The notes below the pieces were generated by a model. That model was given only the letters and a program-made list of their open reading frames with translations, did not search any database and was not told the DNA's origin. The position numbers were made by a program, and so were the translations under genes. A stretch of DNA of 63,011 bases, counting the filler. It is 6 parts of 6 records of this genome, joined end to end, with 100 filler letters (N's around TTAATTAATTAA, not from the genome) between each part and the next. Parts side by side here need not be neighbours in the genome. Positions count along the whole stretch, not along the records: positions 47,346 to 63,011 come from SRR20825006_653; 5 more parts are not named here. One strand, written 5' to 3'. Below, in pieces: positions 56,466 through 63,011 of the stretch; the first letter of the stretch is position 1, and each line of letters starts with the position of its first letter.

Positions 56466-58367
56466 ATGAAAAAAATCATACTACTCTTATTGTTATTAAT
56501 AGGTCTAGGCGTTAAAGCACAAATCACTATTCCTGGAGATTCTTTAGTATATGGTCCTATGTTTAGTCCCGTTTACGAAAACAAAGTGCGCGTATGGATG
56601 CTAACCAAAGATAATACACAATCCAACGATGTTCTAGCACTTTCTATGACTGCATCAGATAATCCTGAAACCCAGCTTAAAGGTGCTTTATTTGATTTAG
56701 ACGATAGACATCTTGAATACAATGGGTTTGAAACCGGTGATCTAAATAGCGAAGAAATTACGCGAGTTGAAGATTACAATTTAAGATCTTATGAATTCCA
56801 ACTAGAATCGGGAAAGACCTATGTAGCAAAACTTTTGAAAAATGGAGAATCGAGTGGGAGAGAGGCTACCATAAAATCTGAACAAGAAATTATTGATGAT
56901 TTCACATTTTTAGCAGGAGGCTGTGGGCGAATTTTTGACCTGAGCCGGTGTATTGATCAGTGGGAAGCTGAACGTATTGTTAACGGCGATCCCAAGATGT
57001 ACAATGATCTTATGGCTAAACAAGATAGTGATTTGATGATATGGCTGGGAGATGCCGTTTACTTATTGGGAGAAGAACACGCACACGGTGGATGTCCTGA
57101 TAGCTTTTTAAGTGATTGGGATAATGAAGAACAAGCATTTAAAAGATATATGTGGTATAGAAAATATTACGACGAGTTATTGCAATCAATGCCTCAATTA
57201 GCGATAACTGATAATCACGATACCGGTTCTAATGAATTTGATAAAACTTTACCGGGATTACCGGCAACAAAAAAAATATTTAAATCTTGGTGGCCTAATC
57301 CTGAATATTTAGGGACAGAAGAAAATGACGGGCTGTTCTCTTCTTATAAATATAAGGATGTTGAATTTTTCTTAACCGATAATCGAAGCTATAGGAATAA
57401 CACGCAAGATCAATTAGGTGATGAGCAATTAAAATGGTTACATGATGCGTTGCTAAAATCTACTGCTACATTCAAGATTATAATTAGTGGCACACCAACT
57501 TTTAGGGAGTTAGGGGGAAGAAATTTAAGTTCAAGTAAGCGCGGGCCTCTTTTACGAAAATTTATTGAAGAAAATAATATTGATGGCGTTTTGGCCTACA
57601 GTGCAGATTTGCATCAACAGCGTTTTATGCTTCGCGAACAGGGCAGTAACTATCCGTTTGTTGATGTGGTATCGGGTAACTTAAACTCTGATGCGGCAGA
57701 AACAGATGAGCGTTATGCAAACTATAAAATAGCTCTTGACAGTGAGCACGACTTATTAAACGGTTCTTTACACGCATTTGTAAGGTCTTCAGTTTATGGA
57801 GCTGAGGGGGATAGACGTTTGAAGATAGAATTTGTCAACGGAAGAAATGAGGTTTTCTTCTCAAAGATAATCAATCAAGATAATTTAAACAGTAAGCAGG
57901 AAAATAGCTTAGCATTAGAGCTCAAGAATGTTGATCTGACAAAGCAAACCAAGTTGGAGTCTAACCCTATATATCAATTCAATGATAAATCGTTCACTTT
58001 AAAAATGAACTTGGAACTAAACAAAGTTGATCATAAAAAAATAATCATTTCCAATTTGCAAAATGATGAAGGAATCGCCTATGGAATAAATAAAGATGCA
58101 AGGCTCTTTTGTCAAATTGGAGGTGAGGAAAGAGCTTATTTAAGCAATGCGAAGCTCGAGAAAAGTACAACTACAGACATTGTATGGAAATACAACAACT
58201 TGAGACAACAGCTAGACTTAGTAATTAATGGGGTTGTAGATAGCTCTTGGAACAATGTAAGATCACCTAAAAAATCTACTACTCAAATGATACTTGGAGA
58301 AAAGAACGGGAGCAGGCCGGTATATGCAAAAATTTCAGAATTACAGCTCTTTAATAAATATTTATAG
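56466..58367 (+). CDS. phoD: PhoD-family phosphatase with C-terminal LamG-like segment
   Basis: Signal peptide, IWLGDAVY, DNHD, DNRSYR, QLGDEQLKWL, SADLH. Confidence 0.82.
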   Translation: MKKIILLLLLLIGLGVKAQITIPGDSLVYGPMFSPVYENKVRVWMLTKDNTQSNDVLALSMTASDNPETQLKGALFDLDDRHLEYNGFETGDLNSEEITRVEDYNLRSYEFQLESGKTYVAKLLKNGESSGREATIKSEQEIIDDFTFLAGGCGRIFDLSRCIDQWEAERIVNGDPKMYNDLMAKQDSDLMIWLGDAVYLLGEEHAHGGCPDSFLSDWDNEEQAFKRYMWYRKYYDELLQSMPQLAITDNHDTGSNEFDKTLPGLPATKKIFKSWWPNPEYLGTEENDGLFSSYKYKDVEFFLTDNRSYRNNTQDQLGDEQLKWLHDALLKSTATFKIIISGTPTFRELGGRNLSSSKRGPLLRKFIEENNIDGVLAYSADLHQQRFMLREQGSNYPFVDVVSGNLNSDAAETDERYANYKIALDSEHDLLNGSLHAFVRSSVYGAEGDRRLKIEFVNGRNEVFFSKIINQDNLNSKQENSLALELKNVDLTKQTKLESNPIYQFNDKSFTLKMNLELNKVDHKKIIISNLQNDEGIAYGINKDARLFCQIGGEERAYLSNAKLEKSTTTDIVWKYNNLRQQLDLVINGVVDSSWNNVRSPKKSTTQMILGEKNGSRPVYAKISELQLFNKYL

Positions 58368-58425
58368 CTTTGATAGAAGAAACAGCCAATAGTGTTGAAA
58401 CTATCGGTATATTATAAAACTTTTA

Positions 58426-58477
58426 AAATGGTAATGGCTTGTTTTCTCAAACTGGAGCAAACAAGCCATTACCATTT
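58426..58477. repeat. 19-bp perfect inverted repeat (probable terminator)
   Basis: AAATGGTAATGGCTTGTTT / AAACAAGCCATTACCATTT with a 14-nt spacer. Confidence 0.8.
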
Positions 58478-58549
58478 CTACAATCTTATAGTTTTATCGT
58501 TCTAATTTTTAAAATTCTAGATTTGTTTTGAAAATCTTAATTTTGGTGA

Positions 58550-59422
58550 ATGAAAAATACCCGTTCCGTTTCTGAATTTAATACAGAATTAAAACTGAAA
58601 GGTTTTAATGTATTTCAAATCGAATCCGATAGCAATGCAACGCGCATTTATAGTCGAAAGGATTTCTATAAAATCTGTTTGACCACCGGCGAAAGTAAAA
58701 TTCATTATTCTGATCGCAGTTTTAATCATAAAGGAACGGTTTTGTTTTTCGGAAATCCTCACATTCCTTATTCGTGGGAAACAATTTCAACAACTTATAC
58801 CGGCTACACGTGTTTGTTTTCCGAAGCATTTTTAGCAACCTCTAATCGTTCAGAAAGCTTACAGCAATCTCCCTTGTTCAAGCTAGATGGAACTCCGGTT
58901 TTAAAAATCTCAGAAGAGCAACGGTTATTTCTGAATACCATCTTTAAAAAGATGATCGAAGAACAAAAAACAGATTATGCCCTTAAAGATGATTTGATCA
59001 GAAATTACATTAATCTTCTGATTCACGAGGCTTTAAAGCTAGAGCCTTCTCAAAATTTGCATCAGCCCGTTAATGCCTTGACGCGTTTAGCTAATGTTTT
59101 TATTGAATTGCTAGAACGACAATTTCCTATTGAGGGAATGGCACAACCGCTAAAAATGCGTACCGCTAAAGATTATGCCGAAACGCTTTCGGTACACGTC
59201 AATTATTTGAACAAGGCAGTACGTGAGGTTACAGGACATTCAACTACTACGCACATCAATAATCGTATTGCAAATGAGGCTAAAGCCTTGCTTTTACATA
59301 CAGATTGGAATGTGAGCGATATCGCCTATGCATTAGGATTCGATTATCCATCATACTTCAATAATTTCTTCAAAAAAGCCACGCAAACCAATCCGGGAGC
59401 TTTTAGGGCAGCGAATTTTTAA
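58550..59422 (+). CDS. AraC-family regulator
   Basis: SRKDFYKI, LSVHVNYLNKAV, IAYALGFDYPSYFNNFFKK. Confidence 0.93.
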   Translation: MKNTRSVSEFNTELKLKGFNVFQIESDSNATRIYSRKDFYKICLTTGESKIHYSDRSFNHKGTVLFFGNPHIPYSWETISTTYTGYTCLFSEAFLATSNRSESLQQSPLFKLDGTPVLKISEEQRLFLNTIFKKMIEEQKTDYALKDDLIRNYINLLIHEALKLEPSQNLHQPVNALTRLANVFIELLERQFPIEGMAQPLKMRTAKDYAETLSVHVNYLNKAVREVTGHSTTTHINNRIANEAKALLLHTDWNVSDIAYALGFDYPSYFNNFFKKATQTNPGAFRAANF

Positions 59423-59560
59423 ATTTGACTTAGCTAATGAAGTGGTCTTAACAACACTTTAATAGCTTGTGTTGAAATTCTTAAGCTATCATTTGATTAT
59501 CGTTAGCTGATGGTTGGTTACGGTCTATAATTTTGTAGCTCAATTTTAACCGTAAAACCA

Positions 59561-60061
59561 ATGACTGCAAAACCCGTATTCAACCTGGCTGCAACTGCTG
59601 TTATAGCTGCATTGCTTAGTGTAGCCTGCAATGACCGTAAGCCTCATAAGGACACTTCTCAAACAACAACTCAAACAGAATTTATTTTTCCAAACGGAGA
59701 AAAGGGACCTGATCAAAACTTTACAGGGAATGCCTACAATACAGGCTTAGTCGCTCCAGATTCAACCTATACCACAGCAATTGGTAACGTCTATTTTGAA
59801 GCCGGAAGCCGAAGTAATTGGCATACCCATCCCGGCGGACAAATTTTAATCATTACAGACGGAAAAGGGTATCATCAGATAGAAGGTCAGTCTAAACAAG
59901 TGGTCCAAAAAGGAGATGTTGTTAAATGTCCACCAAATACACGCCACTGGCACGGAGCTACTGAAAACACTGGACTTCAGCAAATGTACATCGTCCCGAA
60001 CACCGAAAAAGGAATCGTAAACTGGATGGAGGCGGTAACAGATTCAGTCTATATTAAATAA
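59561..60061 (+). CDS. Cupin-domain lipoprotein
   Basis: Lipobox-like SVAC, WHTHPGGQIL, HWHGA. Confidence 0.88.
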   Translation: MTAKPVFNLAATAVIAALLSVACNDRKPHKDTSQTTTQTEFIFPNGEKGPDQNFTGNAYNTGLVAPDSTYTTAIGNVYFEAGSRSNWHTHPGGQILIITDGKGYHQIEGQSKQVVQKGDVVKCPPNTRHWHGATENTGLQQMYIVPNTEKGIVNWMEAVTDSVYIK

Positions 60062-60084
60062 TACAACCTCTTAAACTAAACGCT

Positions 60085-60483
60085 ATGAAAATTACAAGAA
60101 ATCAAGAGATCCACTCTGCTCCGGGGCCTGAGGCCTATTTTACAGGAGCAGTACGAGTAGAGATGCAATTTAGTCAACAACCCAGAACAAATGCTGCTGC
60201 GGCAATGGTGACTTTTGAGGCGGGAGCCAGAACAGCTTGGCACACCCATCCTGCAGGGCAGACGCTGATTATCACATCAGGTATGGGTTGGATTCAAAAA
60301 GAAGGTGAAGCTATCGTTGAAGTTTTTCCGGGAGATGTCATCTACTTTGAACCAGAAGAAAAACACTGGCACGGTGCTTCTCCTCAAAAGGCGATGAGTC
60401 ATTTGGCAATTCAGGAGGAAGTTGATGGTAAAGTGGTCGACTGGCTCGAAAAGGTTACTGATGACCAGTATAAGAAGTGCTAA
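60085..60483 (+). CDS. Cupin-domain protein
   Basis: VTFEAGARTAWHTHPAGQTL, HWHGA, MSHLAIQE. Confidence 0.9.
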   Translation: MKITRNQEIHSAPGPEAYFTGAVRVEMQFSQQPRTNAAAAMVTFEAGARTAWHTHPAGQTLIITSGMGWIQKEGEAIVEVFPGDVIYFEPEEKHWHGASPQKAMSHLAIQEEVDGKVVDWLEKVTDDQYKKC

Positions 60484-60495
60484 GATTAAATCAAG

Positions 60496-61053
60496 ATGAA
60501 AACAATTTTTGACCGATTACGCGCCAATGAAGAAGTTGCAATGAATGACCCTGATTATGGTCTTATTGGCGCTTCTGTAGAAACAACAATGCGTTTAAAT
60601 CTTAAACTCAATAACGCACAAGATTTAGACGAAGCCCGGCATTATTTAAGTGAAATTACAGGAACTGTAGTCCCAGAAGATACCACGATATTCACGCCGT
60701 TTTACACAAATTTTGGGCGTCATATACAGCTGGGAAGTAATGTGTTTATCAATCACGCGTGTAGTTTTTTGGATTTGGGAGGAATCGTTATTGAAGATGA
60801 TGTTATGATTGGACCTCGAGTAAATATTACCTCTGAAAATCATCCCATAGCAACGAGTACTAGAAATACACTTATTCCACAGAAAGTAACTATAAAAAAG
60901 GGTGCTTGGCTTGGGGCCAATGTAACGGTGTTACCCGGCGTTACTATCGGTGAGCACGCAGTAATCGCTGCCGGGGCTGTAGTGAATAAAAATGTAGAGC
61001 CAAAAAGCGTTTATGCCGGAGTTCCTGCAAAGAAAATTAAAGAGTTAGAATAA
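60496..61053 (+). CDS. Sugar O-acetyltransferase (hexapeptide repeat)
   Basis: PFYTNFG, WLGANVTVLPGVTIG, GVPAK. Confidence 0.9.
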   Translation: MKTIFDRLRANEEVAMNDPDYGLIGASVETTMRLNLKLNNAQDLDEARHYLSEITGTVVPEDTTIFTPFYTNFGRHIQLGSNVFINHACSFLDLGGIVIEDDVMIGPRVNITSENHPIATSTRNTLIPQKVTIKKGAWLGANVTVLPGVTIGEHAVIAAGAVVNKNVEPKSVYAGVPAKKIKELE

Positions 61054-61065
61054 CAAGAAATTTAA

Positions 61066-62157
61066 ATGAGAACAATAAATCTAATTGCAGTCCTGATCCT
61101 TTCGGTATTTGGGATAGCTAATAATCAAAATAGAAGCGAACATAAAATCGCTGTTACAGAAAACGAATTAAATCAAGAACACATACAAGATACTATGAGA
61201 ACAGAAGATGATTATATTTTTGAATTGAATGAGGAAGTGACCCGAACTTCGGTACGCTTTAAAAACCGATACGGAATTACCTTAGCAGGAGATCTTTATC
61301 TCCCTAAAAATAGCACTGATAAGCAATTATCTGCCTTAGCAATTAGCGGTCCGTTTGGTGCTGTTAAAGAACAAGCTTCAGGGTTATACGCAAATGAATT
61401 AGCAAAACGTGGCTATGCGGTACTTACTTTTGATCCGTCATATACTGGAGAAAGCGGTGGAGAACCGCGCAATACAGCTTCGCCAGATATTAATACCGAA
61501 GATTTCAGCGCGGCAGTAGATTTCCTGGGAGTGCAGGAAGGAGTCAATCGAGATAAGATTGGTATCATTGGGATTTGCGGTTTTGGCGGATTTGCTCTAA
61601 ACGCAGTCGCAGCTGACAAACGCGTAAAAGCAGTTGCAACTACAAGTATGTACGATATGTCCCGCGTAAATGCAAAAGGATATTTTGATAGCACAACTCA
61701 AGAACAGCGTGCAGCGCAATTAGAGCAAATGAGTTTACAACGCTGGGAAGATGCTCAAAATGGTGAAAGAGCACTTGCACCGCAAGGTTTACCAAGTGAA
61801 ATTAACGGAGACGAACCGCAGTTTGTAAAGGACTATTTTGATTTTTACAAGACTGATAGAGGCTTTCATCCAAGATCGATCAACTCAAACGGTTCTTGGA
61901 CCGCGACCAACTCTATTTCCTTTATGAATATGCCTATTCTAACGTATATCGAAGAAATTGCACCTAGACCCATCTTGATTATTGCAGGCTCTGAAGCGCA
62001 TTCCCGTTATTTTAGTGAGGATGCTTATAAAGCTGCTCAAGAACCAAAAGAACTAATGATCATTGATGATGCAGTACATACCGATCTTTATGATGGTGGT
62101 GACAAGGATTTTATTCCGTTTGATAAACTAGAAACTTTCTTTAATGAAAACCTATAG
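61066..62157 (+). CDS. Alpha/beta hydrolase (YcjY-like)
   Basis: GPFGAVKEQ, FDPSYTGESGG, GICGFGG, HTDLYD. Confidence 0.9.
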   Translation: MRTINLIAVLILSVFGIANNQNRSEHKIAVTENELNQEHIQDTMRTEDDYIFELNEEVTRTSVRFKNRYGITLAGDLYLPKNSTDKQLSALAISGPFGAVKEQASGLYANELAKRGYAVLTFDPSYTGESGGEPRNTASPDINTEDFSAAVDFLGVQEGVNRDKIGIIGICGFGGFALNAVAADKRVKAVATTSMYDMSRVNAKGYFDSTTQEQRAAQLEQMSLQRWEDAQNGERALAPQGLPSEINGDEPQFVKDYFDFYKTDRGFHPRSINSNGSWTATNSISFMNMPILTYIEEIAPRPILIIAGSEAHSRYFSEDAYKAAQEPKELMIIDDAVHTDLYDGGDKDFIPFDKLETFFNENL

Positions 62158-62264
62158 GTTTTAAAGCAAATCTACAACTGAATATCTCCTAAAGTTTAAT
62201 AGAACTTTAGGAGATATTCAGTATTGGAATTTTATATTCTGAAAAACTAAAAAAAAGAAAAACT

Positions 62265-62927
62265 ATGAAAACGTTAATAATAGGAGCACATGGCAAAGTA
62301 GGACAACGCATTGCAAAGCTAATGCAGGCTTCTACCGATTTTGAACCCACAGCTTTTATAAGGAAGGAAGAACAAAAACCTCTTTTTGAAAAAATGAATG
62401 TACCTACTGTGGTAGAAAGTCTGGAAAACACTCCTGAAGCTCTTGAGAAAGTGATTAAAAACTACGATGCGTTAGTGTTTACAGCAGGTTCGGGAGGAAG
62501 CACAGGAGCCGATAAAACAATGGAAATAGATCTTGACGGAGCGATTAAAACCATACACGCAGCTTCTCAAACAGGCGTTAAGCGATATGTGATGGTTGGA
62601 GCTTCGCATTCTGATGATCGCTCGTTTTGGGGTAAAGTTGACGGGATGAAGCCGTATTATATTGCAAAGCACTACGCCGATCAAGAATTGCAAAGAAGCG
62701 ATCTTGACTTTACCATCCTTCGCCCTGTCACTTTAACTGATGACGACGAAGCCGGCAACGTGATGATGAGCACAGATCCTGAAAAGGTCAACTCAAAAAT
62801 ACCCAGACAGGCAGTTGCCGAAACAGTTTTAGAAGTCCTCAACAACAAGAATACCTTCGGTAAAATAATTGAAATGAGTAGTGGGGAAGATTCAATCCCT
62901 AAAGCACTGCATAAGTTTATCAATTAG
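62265..62927 (+). CDS. NAD(P)H-binding atypical SDR oxidoreductase
   Basis: IIGAHGKVG, FTAGSGG, YYIAKHYAD, TILRP. Confidence 0.9.
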   Translation: MKTLIIGAHGKVGQRIAKLMQASTDFEPTAFIRKEEQKPLFEKMNVPTVVESLENTPEALEKVIKNYDALVFTAGSGGSTGADKTMEIDLDGAIKTIHAASQTGVKRYVMVGASHSDDRSFWGKVDGMKPYYIAKHYADQELQRSDLDFTILRPVTLTDDDEAGNVMMSTDPEKVNSKIPRQAVAETVLEVLNNKNTFGKIIEMSSGEDSIPKALHKFIN

Positions 62928-63011
62928 GCAAATTTCAGCTTTGAAAAATAGCTGTATTTAGACAAAATTTGGCAATTTTTAAGAAACAGGTTTCATTAGT
63001 AAAAGCTTTTA

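Overview
This window is not one locus. It is six unrelated contigs joined by five artificial 100-bp linkers (N-runs around TTAATTAATTAA). (1) 1-7935, GC-rich alphaproteobacterium: a GAF-GGDEF-EAL gene, a LuxR-type regulator, a membrane PQQ dehydrogenase and MarR on the minus strand. Divergently there is a passenger-less autotransporter-like beta-barrel, two small secreted proteins sharing a collinear 32-aa C-terminal motif ending PSGTGT, and a partial AraC. (2) 8036-14777, gammaproteobacterial housekeeping region from sbcB to the groL tail. (3) 14878-30671, Rhodobacteraceae-like region with an SSS-fused sensor kinase system, a DksA/TraR paralogue, a FadJ-like enzyme, xdhC, a YidE transporter and infC. 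It also has three FNR boxes, a candidate FNR-driven four-hairpin sRNA and two tandem DnaA boxes. (4) 30772-40556, Flavobacteriaceae-like: kdsA, a nonsense-interrupted channel gene and an AraC/twin TonB-receptor iron island with a duplicated 101-bp promoter module. (5) 40657-47245: sensor kinase plus menC/menE. (6) 47346-63011: ECF sigma/FecR/SusC/SusD, divergent from a di-haem peroxidase-family gene and phoD, then an AraC/cupin/hydrolase cluster. The best candidate for an undescribed system is the barrel plus PSGTGT-tail protein operon at 6075-7600. Taxonomy and families were recognised by eye; no database search was run.
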